Assembly: GCA_015066045.1 (NCBI GenBank)
Contig: SVPD01000002.1
Location: forward strand, 9,063-73,062
Direction of reading: 5' to 3'
Source: Oscillospiraceae bacterium
GTDB lineage: Bacteria > Bacillota > Clostridia > Oscillospirales > Acutalibacteraceae
DNA: 64,000 bases
Under the pieces are notes generated by a model. That model was not told the origin of the DNA. It did no database searches and worked only from the letters and a program-made list of their open reading frames with translations. The position numbers and the translations under genes are program-made. Below, piece after piece: positions 55,165 through 64,000 of the stretch (position 1 is its first letter; each line of letters opens with the position of its first letter).

Positions 55165-55642
55165 GTGCAGAGAAGGTGTGCATAAAGCCGCCGAGCTCAT
55201 TTGAGCATATATCTCCGCCTATGACTATTCCTTCATATACTAAAATATTACCCTGTATAATTCCGTCGGTATTTTCATAGCCCGGATAATTAAGGATATC
55301 GTAGCTCCACATTTTTACTCTTGCTCCCTTATATTTTTCTAAGTCAAGATTTTGCTGACGCTGGATATCGTTATATTCCTCATAGGTTTCGTCAAATTCC
55401 TCGGGAATGATAACCTCCTTTACCTGTGCAGGGTTTTCGTCTATTTCCCAGCCGAACTGAGAGAAAAAGGTCATTCTTTCCTCGTGTGTTTCTGCACGCA
55501 AGGAAATGCCGCCCATATTACTTGCGGGGAGTGCATTTCTTTTGGCTACGGAAATAATACCGCCTACAGACAGGGCGCAGACCAGAATAACACAGAGAGC
55601 GATTTTAATTGCTTTATCGGATTTTACGGAAACTACAAACAT
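55145..55642 (-). CDS. DUF4830-like membrane-anchored protein
   Basis: N-terminal TM helix and FFSQFGWEIDENP motif (family recalled from memory). ATG at 55642 with an AGGTGG RBS. The 3' end overlaps hflX by 20 nt, convergently. Confidence 0.6.
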   Translation of the reverse strand: MFVVSVKSDKAIKIALCVILVCALSVGGIISVAKRNALPASNMGGISLRAETHEERMTFFSQFGWEIDENPAQVKEVIIPEEFDETYEEYNDIQRQQNLDLEKYKGARVKMWSYDILNYPGYENTDGIIQGNILVYEGIVIGGDICSNELGGFMHTFSAPTSDNP

Positions 55643-55722
55643 ATTTTTATCCACCTATCATTATTTGCTTGATAAATTTATATGTTTGATTCAGAAAGTT
55701 AGAACTATAACCACCCTAAAGG

Positions 55723-57594
55723 ATGTGCTTTATGGATTTTATTCCTTATAATTCACGAAATACTCTTCATAAAAGTAAATTTGGCGCCATGAAGCAGGGG
55801 GAGACCACTGTTTTCAAGGTAATTATGCCACGTTCCTTCGGTATCAGCCGTGTAGACCTTGTGATTAAAAGTGACAGGGGCGACTACGAATATTACCCGA
55901 TGAAATGGCTCTCCATGGAGGGTGACAGTGAGGAATGGTGGGCACTCGGCTATACTGCCCGTGAGCCCGACCTTTACTTTTATCATTTTGAGTTCGAAAC
56001 CTCGTGGGGCAGAAGCTTCATAAAACACGGCGGAAACTGTCTGGGTAAAATCTCAGCCGGTGATGAGGATTGGCAGTTATCGGTATATGCGAAGGATTTT
56101 ACTACTCCCGACTGGCTTAAGGGCGGTCTGATTTATCAGATTTTTCCCGACAGATTTTACTTTTCGGGACAGGAAAAGTATTCTGTACCCGTAGACAGAA
56201 AGCTTCGTACAGACATCTACGGCGAGCCCGAGTGGAGACCGACGAGCGAGGGCAAGGTTCTCAATAATGACTATTTTCAGGGTGATCTTAAGGGTATCGA
56301 GGAAAAGCTCGGTTACATAGCATCTCTGGGTGTAAGCTGCATTTATCTCAATCCCGTCTTTGAGGCTCAGAGCAATCACAGATATGACACCTCTGACTAC
56401 AGTAAAATCGACTCGCTTTTAGGCACTGAGGGTGATCTGATTTCTCTGTGTAAAAAGGCAGAGGAGAAGGGAATATCGGTTATTCTGGACGGTGTTTTCA
56501 GTCATACGGGTGACGACAGTATCTATTTCAATAAATACGGCAGATATAACTCTGTGGGTGCCTATCAGTCGGAAAAATCACCCTATTACGGCTGGTATAA
56601 GTTTATAAATCATCCCGACGAATATCATTCCTGGTGGGGGATAAGCATTCTGCCCGAGGTTATCGAGGAGTCAGACGGCTTTCTTGATTTCATCACGGGT
56701 GAAAACGGCATAGCCAGACGGTGGCTGCGCTGCGGTGTGAGGGGCTGGAGGCTCGATGTAGCCGATGAGCTGCCCGATGTTTTTCTCGACCGCTTCAGAA
56801 AAGCCGTAAAAGAAGAAAACCCCGAGGCTCTCGTGCTCGGTGAGGTTTGGGAGGATGCGTCGAATAAATTCAGCTACGGCCAGAGGCGACGCTATTTCGG
56901 CGGCAGGCAGCTCGACTCCGTTATGAATTATCCCTTCGCCGATGCCATTATATCCTTTATCAGAACGGGAAAGGTCGAGGGCTTTTCTGACAAGATTTTA
57001 ACCATACTCGAGAACTATCCCAAATGTGTTACAGATGTGCTTATGAACCATATAGGTACTCACGACACTATGAGAGCGATAACTCAGCTGGCGGGTGAAA
57101 GCTGCGAATACAGAGACAGATCGTGGCAGAGCAAGCAGCACCTTACGCCCGAGCAGTACGAAAAAGGCGTAAAGCTTCTTAAGCTGGCTGCGGTTATACA
57201 GTATACACTGCCCGGTGTGCCCTCACTTTATTACGGTGATGAGGCAGGTATGGAGGGCTACAAGGATCCCTTTAACCGCTACTGCTATCCGTGGGGCAGA
57301 GAAAACCACGGGCTTATCGGATTTTACCGTGCCTTGGGCAGCTTAAGAAAGGGCTGCTCCTGTCTTAAGGACGGAGAGTTTACTACCGTTTCAGAAATGC
57401 TCGGTTGTCTTGCCTACGAAAGAAAGGGCGAAAAAGACTCGATTCTGGTAATAGTAAACCGAAACGAGCACGAAATAGACTATTATCTGCCTGCTGGCTG
57501 GCATAATTCCGAAGCCGTTTTTGCAGGCACTGTGAGCGGACAGAGCGTAAGGCTCGGCGCTCTCGAGGCAGTAATACTAAAAAAGGAGAATTAA
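55723..57594 (+). CDS. glycoside hydrolase family 13 (neopullulanase/alpha-amylase-like)
   Basis: GH13 regions DGVFSH, GWRLDVADEL, EVWED and GTHDT. Confidence 0.9.
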   Translation: MCFMDFIPYNSRNTLHKSKFGAMKQGETTVFKVIMPRSFGISRVDLVIKSDRGDYEYYPMKWLSMEGDSEEWWALGYTAREPDLYFYHFEFETSWGRSFIKHGGNCLGKISAGDEDWQLSVYAKDFTTPDWLKGGLIYQIFPDRFYFSGQEKYSVPVDRKLRTDIYGEPEWRPTSEGKVLNNDYFQGDLKGIEEKLGYIASLGVSCIYLNPVFEAQSNHRYDTSDYSKIDSLLGTEGDLISLCKKAEEKGISVILDGVFSHTGDDSIYFNKYGRYNSVGAYQSEKSPYYGWYKFINHPDEYHSWWGISILPEVIEESDGFLDFITGENGIARRWLRCGVRGWRLDVADELPDVFLDRFRKAVKEENPEALVLGEVWEDASNKFSYGQRRRYFGGRQLDSVMNYPFADAIISFIRTGKVEGFSDKILTILENYPKCVTDVLMNHIGTHDTMRAITQLAGESCEYRDRSWQSKQHLTPEQYEKGVKLLKLAAVIQYTLPGVPSLYYGDEAGMEGYKDPFNRYCYPWGRENHGLIGFYRALGSLRKGCSCLKDGEFTTVSEMLGCLAYERKGEKDSILVIVNRNEHEIDYYLPAGWHNSEAVFAGTVSGQSVRLGALEAVILKKEN

Positions 57595-57595
57595 A

Positions 57596-58522
57596 ATGAG
57601 TGACTGGACCGAAGTGAAAATCAGTGTCAATGCTGATGACATAGAAAAGGCGGGAGATATCGCTTCTATGGTGGTGCCCTACGGCATTTATATCGAGGAT
57701 TACCGTGACCTTGAGGCGCAGGCGTGGGAAATCGCACACATCGACCTTATAGACGAAGAGCTTTTAAATAAAGACAGAAGCAAGGCGATAGTTCACGTTT
57801 ACATTTCACCCGAGGAAAATCCCGCTGAGGCCGTAGCCTTTCTCAGTGAACGCTATAAGGCAGAGGGAATTGAAAACGAGATAATACTCAATGAGTGTAA
57901 AAATGAGGACTGGGAGAATAACTGGAAGCAGTATTTTCATCCTATTCCTGTCGGTGAAAAGCTTCTCATCAGACCTACCTGGGAGGACGAGTATGAGGCA
58001 GGGGAGAGAAAGGTTCTTAATATAGAGCCCGGTCTCGCCTTCGGCACGGGTACACACGAAACTACCCGTCTTTGCCTCGAAACTCTCGAAAAGCACATCA
58101 GTGAAGAAACCACCGTGCTCGACATCGGCTGCGGCAGCGGTATTCTTTCCATCGCTGCGCTTCTTCTGGGTGCGAAAGAGGTAACGGGTGTGGATATAGA
58201 TGCTCTGGCGGTGAAAACTGCTCTCGAAAACGGTGAAGCAAACGGCTTTTTCCCGCCGAAGTATAATATCCTGCAGGGAAATCTCACTGATAAGGTGAGC
58301 GGAAAGTTTGATGTGGTGGTAGCGAATATCGTAGCTGATGTTATCATACTTTTCTGCAAGGATGTGGCTTCCTTTATGAAGGACGGCGCCGTTTTCATCA
58401 CATCCGGTATCATCGATACCCGTGAGCAGGATGTTATTGACGCTTTCGGTAAATACGGCTTTAAAATCGAGGCAAGACACACCGAGGGCGGCTGGGTTTG
58501 CTTCGAATGCAGTAAAAAATAA
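57596..58522 (+). CDS. prmA: ribosomal protein L11 methyltransferase
   Basis: EPGLAFGTGTHETTRLCLE and LDIGCGSGILSIAA. Confidence 0.94.
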   Translation: MSDWTEVKISVNADDIEKAGDIASMVVPYGIYIEDYRDLEAQAWEIAHIDLIDEELLNKDRSKAIVHVYISPEENPAEAVAFLSERYKAEGIENEIILNECKNEDWENNWKQYFHPIPVGEKLLIRPTWEDEYEAGERKVLNIEPGLAFGTGTHETTRLCLETLEKHISEETTVLDIGCGSGILSIAALLLGAKEVTGVDIDALAVKTALENGEANGFFPPKYNILQGNLTDKVSGKFDVVVANIVADVIILFCKDVASFMKDGAVFITSGIIDTREQDVIDAFGKYGFKIEARHTEGGWVCFECSKK

Positions 58523-58552
58523 GACGTACAGAGGTACGTCGGTAATGCTTAA

Positions 58553-58590
58553 GAGGGCTTCTGCGGATTTAAAAATCTGCAGAAGCCCTC
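58553..58590. terminator. bidirectional terminator between prmA and the GH31 gene
   Basis: GAGGGCTTCTGC / GCAGAAGCCCTC perfect 12-bp stem with a T-rich tail on the plus side. Confidence 0.75.
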
Positions 58591-58626
58591 AGTTTATTTC
58601 AGTTTATTTTGCTTTATTTGAGTTTA

Positions 58627-61038
58627 TCAAAGCATTTTCTGTACTTCCTCGATAGGTCCTCTGAAGCATTCTTCCCTTACGGGGATTTCTCCGTTTATAT
58701 CATTAAGGAAGGAATTATACTTCAGCTTTTTGACGCTCGTGGAAAGCTGATATTTGGTGACCAGCTCAATAACCGCTTCTTTTTTATCTCTGTTTGCTTT
58801 GGGAGTGAATTCAGAGAAGATAATTTCGGCTGCAGCCTTCGGTGAAATACCCTTAAGGGTTATTTCCACTCTTCCCTTTGTGCTTCTGATTTCAGCGTTG
58901 GCGGCCTTGCTGTTTACCTTAACGCTGATTTCCTTCGCAGCCTTCACATCCTCGAAAACGAGAGTGTAATTTCTTCTGGCGGGAACCGTAGAGCAGTTGC
59001 CCTCAGCGGGACAGATGTTAAAGGTGAGAGTATTGCTCTGCTCAGCTATCTTGTATCTCGTTATGGCGAAATTACCCTTTTTGAATTCATTACTGATGCC
59101 GTCATCCTCGTAAAGCTCGAAGGTGTTGTTTCCTCTGTAAATGCGTAAAATCATATCCTTCGGGTTGTCGCTCGAGTTGTCTCTGTCATTGGCGGAAAGG
59201 GGAATAATTGCTCCCTCCTTGGCTAAAACAGGAATACTCTCGATGCCTCTGTACATAGTAATTTTCTGACCGCCTCTGTAAATAGCTCCCGTATAAATAT
59301 CCGTCCATCTGCCCTCGGGAAGCCATACCTCCGTGGAGGCAAGATGTGTTTTCGGGTTCATCTTACGTGTGATAGGTGCTACGATAAGCTCAGAGCCGAA
59401 GAAATACTGATTTTTGACCTCGTAGGCCTCTGCTGCTTCGGGGTATTCGTAGTACATCGGCTCGCAAAGGGCGATGCAGTGCCTGTGAGTGCGGTAGTTC
59501 ATGGAGTAAAGATAGGGGATAAGAGCGTGACGCTGACGCAGGCAGTCCGTGGCGACGGCCTCAGCCTGATAGTTGTGCTTCCACGGCTCCTTGCCCATAA
59601 ACTCGTTGCTGGTGGAGTGGAGTCTCATTATGGGATTATAAAGACCGTACTGCACCCAGCGTGTGTAAAGCTCATCATCCTTACTGCCCATCATATGACC
59701 GCCTATGTCGTGGCTCCACCATGTATAGCCGATGTTTGCGGCGGTGTTTGTAAAGTAGGGCTGAAAATCGAGGCTTTCCCATGAAATGTGAGTGTCACCC
59801 GAGAAGCCGAGGGGATATCGGTGAGAGCCGACCTCAGCGAAGCGGGAAAGGATAAGCGGTCTCTTTTCGCCTGTCTCATTGGCAAGAGTATGATAATGGT
59901 TAAGAGCCCAGAGGGGATCGAGGTTTTTCAGCTTGGTATTTTTACCCTGCTGCCAGTCTATCCACCAGAAATCCACGCCGTCCTCCTCATAAGGCTTGTG
60001 AACGAGGTTAAAATATGCATCCACATATTTCGGATCGGTGATATCAAACGGGATTCTCTTTTTGGTGGCGGGATCCACACCCATAGCCTTGGCTACATCC
60101 TCATACATATCCTCGAAGAAGCGGATGCCCTGTGCAGGGTGAAGATTAACGGTAATTCTGAGATTTTTCTCCTTAAGCCATCTCAGGAAGCCCTTGTAGT
60201 CGGGGAAAAGCTCCGTGTTCCAGCTGTAGCCGGTCCATCCGTCACCCTGTAAAATGAAGTCTGTGGTGTTAGGAATAAAAGATTTTTTTTCGCCTGTTTT
60301 GCCGAAACGCTCTTTTACATCCACCCAGTGCCAGTCCATATCTATGGTGGCTACGGTGAGAGGGATTTCCTTTTCGATGAATTTTTCCATAAGGTCGATA
60401 TATTCCTGCTGAGTATATGCCTTATATCTGCTCCACCAGTTACCGAGGCAGTAACGGGGTACGAGAGGAACCTGACCGCAGAGAGAGAAGAAATCTCTGA
60501 GACATCCTCTGTAGTCGTGACCGTAAGCGAAATAATATTCGTCCTTTGTCTTCATTCTTTCGCCGATGGTGCCGTCCCCGTTTAAAATGAGGCTCTTACT
60601 GTCGTCGATTACCGCCACACCGTTTACGGACATAAGGCCGTTACCGATTTCTCTTTCGCCGTTTGCCATGTCGAGAGTACGGTATGTACCCTTAAGGTTT
60701 CCGCTTTCGTATTCGGTGAGGCTTTTGCCTCCCTTTAGGGAAATGCCTGTCATTTTTTTCTGTGCGGTATCATATTTGAAAATAGTTTTCGTAGTGATGA
60801 TAATAATCCTGTCTCCGTCCTCCACCAGATTAAAGGCGGGCTTGTCGAAGCTTCTGTTTATCACAGACTGGGTGGGCTCATCGGTAAAGATACCCTTTCT
60901 GTTATATTCTACTCTTAAAAGTCTCGGTGTAAGCAGAGAAAATCTGACATTGTTTTTAATGAAAACAAAGCCTGCATCGGTTTTACTGTCGGATTTCCAG
61001 CCGAATGTTTTTCTGAAATACTCCGTTGTGTTGCTCAT
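58627..61038 (-). CDS. glycoside hydrolase family 31
   Basis: DFWWIDWQQG (nucleophile region), RYPLGFSGDTHISW and WSHDIGGH motifs. Confidence 0.88.
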   Translation of the reverse strand: MSNTTEYFRKTFGWKSDSKTDAGFVFIKNNVRFSLLTPRLLRVEYNRKGIFTDEPTQSVINRSFDKPAFNLVEDGDRIIIITTKTIFKYDTAQKKMTGISLKGGKSLTEYESGNLKGTYRTLDMANGEREIGNGLMSVNGVAVIDDSKSLILNGDGTIGERMKTKDEYYFAYGHDYRGCLRDFFSLCGQVPLVPRYCLGNWWSRYKAYTQQEYIDLMEKFIEKEIPLTVATIDMDWHWVDVKERFGKTGEKKSFIPNTTDFILQGDGWTGYSWNTELFPDYKGFLRWLKEKNLRITVNLHPAQGIRFFEDMYEDVAKAMGVDPATKKRIPFDITDPKYVDAYFNLVHKPYEEDGVDFWWIDWQQGKNTKLKNLDPLWALNHYHTLANETGEKRPLILSRFAEVGSHRYPLGFSGDTHISWESLDFQPYFTNTAANIGYTWWSHDIGGHMMGSKDDELYTRWVQYGLYNPIMRLHSTSNEFMGKEPWKHNYQAEAVATDCLRQRHALIPYLYSMNYRTHRHCIALCEPMYYEYPEAAEAYEVKNQYFFGSELIVAPITRKMNPKTHLASTEVWLPEGRWTDIYTGAIYRGGQKITMYRGIESIPVLAKEGAIIPLSANDRDNSSDNPKDMILRIYRGNNTFELYEDDGISNEFKKGNFAITRYKIAEQSNTLTFNICPAEGNCSTVPARRNYTLVFEDVKAAKEISVKVNSKAANAEIRSTKGRVEITLKGISPKAAAEIIFSEFTPKANRDKKEAVIELVTKYQLSTSVKKLKYNSFLNDINGEIPVREECFRGPIEEVQKML

Positions 61039-61180
61039 CTTAAAAACCCCTTTCTGTTTAATCTCTTATATGATACAGTAATAATTCTTTTTTTTCAATC
61101 CACTTTATAAACTTTAGTCAAAAGGCACAAAAAGCCCCTTTTATTTTCTACGTATGGAAAGTGAAGATAATTCCTATTTA

Positions 61181-61212
61181 TTGTTAAAAAATTTGCAGTA
61201 ATATGCTATAAT
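61181..61212 (+). promoter_or_regulatory. extended -10 promoter of the symporter gene
   Basis: TGcTATAAT at 61204-61212 with a poor -35. Confidence 0.4.
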
Positions 61213-61243
61213 TAATAAAATTTTAAAATATCGGGAGGATATT

Positions 61244-62731
61244 ATGGATCAGAAAAAATATGTTCCTAAAAAAGAGGTCACTGCCTATGCGGTTGCTGCG
61301 CTCGGTCAGGGCCTTGTCTACAGCTGCATGTCGAGCTATATAACCGACTATTATATGAGCGTTCTTAAGCTCAATGCCATGTTCGTTATTCTTCTTATGC
61401 TCTTTGCACGAGTATGGGATGCCATAAACGATCCTATGATGGGTATGATTATGGACAGAGTTTCATTCAAAAAGGGCAGAATGAAGCCTTATCCCGTGAT
61501 AACCGCTATCCCCATCGCCATTCTTACCATTTTAATGTTCGTAAATCCCGGCTTTGACACAAACAATAAAACCGTATGGATTTATGTCTTTACCGCATTC
61601 ATCTATGTCGCATGGGGTATGGTCTACACCTCCAGTGACGTTCCCTTCTGGAGTATGCCTAACGTAATGACACCCGATCCGAAGGAAAGAGGTAACCTTA
61701 TTTCCTACGGTAAAACCGTCGGCGGCATCGGCTCTGCGGTAACGGTCGCTCTTCCCATCATCGTCGGCTTCATAGTAGCTGATATGGATGTAGAAAAGGC
61801 CGGTATCGTAAAATACGCCATTATGGCTATTTCTATGTCACTTATCGGTATGCCGCTTTTCGCTATGTCTTCTTTCAAAATAAAGGAAAGAATTCAGCTT
61901 CCCAATGCTACGAAAAGAGCACCCGGTGAGCCCTCAGCTATAAAAAGAATATTCACCTGCAAGCCTCTCGTGCTTGTGGTCGTTTCGGGTATGCTTTCCT
62001 TCGGCAGATATATGCTTCAGGCTGCCGCTCCCCACGTTGCCCGTTATTCAGGCTTCTACATCGGCACCAAGCCCGAAACTGTAGAGCAGTACAATTCAAA
62101 CATTTCCACCGTTGCCCTTGTTATTCAGGTGTGTGCAGCCGTAGGTATGTTCGGTGCTATGCTTTTCCTGCCCAAGCTTTATAAAAAGTTTGAATATAAG
62201 CAGATTATGATTGTTTCCTGCATCGGCGGCTTCGTAGCCAGCTGCTTCACTCTTATCATCGGCTGGACCACAAAGAACCTGCTTCTCTGCATTCCCTTTA
62301 TGCTTATTTCCAGCATTCCGCTCGGTGTTATAAACAATGTATCCTTCGCTATGGTGTGTGACTGTCTCGATTTTATGGAGTGGAAAACAGGCTTCAGAGA
62401 CACAGGTCTCGGCTCTGCCTGTCAGTCCTTCGTAAACAAGATAGGCAATGCCTTTGCTACTGTTATGATTATCGTAATGTATATGGTAGTAAATATCGAT
62501 GTTAACCAGCTTAATGTCGGCTCGGGACAGCAGGTTGTTGACGCTATTAACAGTATGTCGAGCACTCAGAATTTTGCTATGTTCTCTCTGGTTACCATCG
62601 TTCCCGGCATCAGTCTTCTTCTGTGTGCCATACCTCTTTTCTTCTACGACCTTACCGGTGCTAAGAAGCAGAAGGTATTTGATGAGCTCGCAGTTTCCAG
62701 AAAAGAAAGAGGCATAGAAATAGCTGAATAA
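61244..62731 (+). CDS. glycoside-pentoside-hexuronide (GPH):cation symporter, MFS superfamily
   Basis: 12 TM segments, N-terminal WDAINDPMMG motif typical of MelB/GPH carriers. Divergent from the GH31 gene. Confidence 0.85.
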   Translation: MDQKKYVPKKEVTAYAVAALGQGLVYSCMSSYITDYYMSVLKLNAMFVILLMLFARVWDAINDPMMGMIMDRVSFKKGRMKPYPVITAIPIAILTILMFVNPGFDTNNKTVWIYVFTAFIYVAWGMVYTSSDVPFWSMPNVMTPDPKERGNLISYGKTVGGIGSAVTVALPIIVGFIVADMDVEKAGIVKYAIMAISMSLIGMPLFAMSSFKIKERIQLPNATKRAPGEPSAIKRIFTCKPLVLVVVSGMLSFGRYMLQAAAPHVARYSGFYIGTKPETVEQYNSNISTVALVIQVCAAVGMFGAMLFLPKLYKKFEYKQIMIVSCIGGFVASCFTLIIGWTTKNLLLCIPFMLISSIPLGVINNVSFAMVCDCLDFMEWKTGFRDTGLGSACQSFVNKIGNAFATVMIIVMYMVVNIDVNQLNVGSGQQVVDAINSMSSTQNFAMFSLVTIVPGISLLLCAIPLFFYDLTGAKKQKVFDELAVSRKERGIEIAE

Positions 62732-62764
62732 GTATTATTTAAAAAATAAAACGGAGGGTTTATT

Positions 62765-63457
62765 ATGTTGACTTATTTATCAATGGGCTTAGGCTTGATT
62801 TCACTTATCGCTTTTATGGTCAAATGCAACAAGCAGAGAAGTATCGGCGGTGTATTCATTAAAAACATCACAAGCCTTTTCTTCCTTTTCACTACGGCTA
62901 CGGCTATCTATTACAATCAGGACTTCTGGAAATACGGTATTCTTATTTTAATCGGCGGCGTATTCGGTATGCTCGGTGATATTTACCTTGACCAGAAATG
63001 GGTTTACCCTGAGCATAATGATAACTACCTTAATGCAGGCTTTGTTTCCTTCGGCATCGGTCATTTCTTCTATATCGCTGCCATCTTCCTTCATATGGGC
63101 TTCGGCTTAAAGGATTTCCTTGTTCCCGTTATCGTAGGTATCGTGGTTGCAGCCTTCACTCTCATTACAGAAAAGCCCACAAAATGCCACTTCGGAAAAT
63201 TCAAGGCTATCGTCACCGTTTACTGTCTCGTAATCGGTATGATGACAGGCTCCACTCTCTGGGGTATGATTCAGTCCGGTTTCTCAGCTCAGTACATCGT
63301 TTTACAGGTAGCTGCAATTCTGTTCCTTCTTTCGGATATTATCCTTTCTTCTATATACTTCGGAACCAAGAATACACCTGTAAATTTCGTTATAAACCAT
63401 ACTACATATTACTTTGCACAGTTCCTTATCGCTTTCAGCGTATTCCTCGTAAAATAA
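62765..63457 (+). CDS. YhhN/lysoplasmalogenase-family membrane protein
   Basis: Polytopic membrane protein with GMLGDIYL and FLLSDIILS motifs resembling YhhN (recalled from memory). Confidence 0.6.
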   Translation: MLTYLSMGLGLISLIAFMVKCNKQRSIGGVFIKNITSLFFLFTTATAIYYNQDFWKYGILILIGGVFGMLGDIYLDQKWVYPEHNDNYLNAGFVSFGIGHFFYIAAIFLHMGFGLKDFLVPVIVGIVVAAFTLITEKPTKCHFGKFKAIVTVYCLVIGMMTGSTLWGMIQSGFSAQYIVLQVAAILFLLSDIILSSIYFGTKNTPVNFVINHTTYYFAQFLIAFSVFLVK

Positions 63458-63520
63458 TCGACGGTAAAAGGAACTGCACGAGTGCGACACTTTATAAGAA
63501 ATTTACGCTTTGACATTGCA

Positions 63521-63556
63521 AAAACCACCGTAATACGCAAGTATTGCGGTGGTTTT
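63521..63556. terminator. bidirectional terminator
   Basis: AAAACCACCGTAATAC-GCAA-GTATTGCGGTGGTTTT. Confidence 0.8.
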
Positions 63557-63597
63557 GTCACTTTCTCAATCAAAAAATATATCAAAGGGATTACTGC

Positions 63598-64000
63598 TTA
63601 TTTACCCCAGAATTTTCTGTCCAGAGAGCGGTACTGCACCGCCTCCATTATATGCTCATACTCGATTTTTTCGCAGCCGTCCAAATCGGCTATAGTTCTG
63701 GCTATTCTGAGTATTTTATCGTATGCACGGGCGGAAAGCCCCATTTTTTCGAAGCAGCTTTCTAAGAGCTTTTTGCTCGCAGTGTCTATCCTGCAGTATT
63801 CTGCAGTCATGGCGGGAGTCATTTTTGCATTACAGGTTATAGGCGATTTTTCAAAACGAAGGTTTTGTATTTCTCTCGCTTTGTCAACTCTTTTTTTGAT
63901 TTCGGCGCTTCTTTCGCTCTTTTCGTCGCTCGAAAGCTTTTCGAAATCCACCTGCGGCACCTCTATGTGAATATCAAGTCTGTCGAGCAGGGGGCCGCTG
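63598..64000 (-). CDS. comM: YifB/ComM family Mg-chelatase-like ATPase, C-terminal part (5' end outside window)
   Basis: The frame stays open to the window edge (SGPLLDRLDIHIEVPQVDF...). ARAYDKILRIARTIADLDG C-terminal motif. Confidence 0.88.
   Translation of the reverse strand, partial: SGPLLDRLDIHIEVPQVDFEKLSSDEKSERSAEIKKRVDKAREIQNLRFEKSPITCNAKMTPAMTAEYCRIDTASKKLLESCFEKMGLSARAYDKILRIARTIADLDGCEKIEYEHIMEAVQYRSLDRKFWGK

Noticed and set aside
57806-58482. Two overlapping minus-strand ORFs of 224 aa and 181 aa
   Set aside because: Both are antisense to prmA. Shadow ORFs.
58591-58626. About 3.5 tandem 10-nt units (AGTTTATTTC, AGTTTATTTT, GCTTTATTTG, AGTTTATC)
   Set aside because: It is a short T-rich tail of the bidirectional terminator between prmA and the GH31 stop codon. 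It is most simply low-complexity sequence.
63482-63970. 162-aa plus-strand ORF
   Set aside because: It runs through the bidirectional terminator and lies antisense to the well-supported comM/yifB C-terminus.

Overview
This window is a dense, almost entirely plus-strand stretch of core chromosome. Gene content and order point to a Firmicutes/Clostridia organism, possibly Oscillospiraceae/Ruminococcus-like (inference only). Main blocks, in order: trxA, rpmB (minus strand), recA-recX-rimO; a Cys T-box leading cysE-cysS; murI; tRNA-Leu; ruvCAB; ecfA1-ecfA2-ecfT-truA; cvpA; a ClpE-type ATPase; a tRNA cluster (Gly-Arg-His-Gln); the L20 leader with infC-rpmI-rplT; dprA-topA-trmFO-rnc; a radical SAM gene, smc, ftsY; rdgB-yhbY-nadD/yqeK-rsfS-leuS; rpsU (58 aa, absent from the ORF track); pepP-like, hflX, a GH13 gene, prmA; a GH31 gene (minus strand) divergent from a GPH symporter; and the 3' end of comM/yifB (minus strand). 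I found no transposase, integrase, CRISPR array, restriction-modification, toxin-antitoxin or recognisable defence genes, so most of the window is ordinary. The non-ordinary content, in my order of interest: (1) an uncharacterised four-gene operon at 27.4-32.0 kb encoding a CrtI-family flavoenzyme, an FNR-type [2Fe-2S] reductase, an MFS transporter and a Dabb protein. (2) A phage/plasmid-like relic between rimO and the cysE T-box, with an orphan DUF6291-like ORF, an A/T tract and 12-bp iterons. (3) A dispersed repeat family (TGAATAA heptamers, TTCATTATTCA inverted repeats, CCCGATTGTAAT) at three intergenic loci; it brackets an A+T-rich islet next to the tRNA cluster, and a terminator module is also duplicated. 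(4) Two unrelated secreted hydrolases that share a similar extreme C-terminal tail, one of them LCAT-like with AxCxG where GxSxG is expected. All family assignments come from motif recognition by eye. No database search was run.
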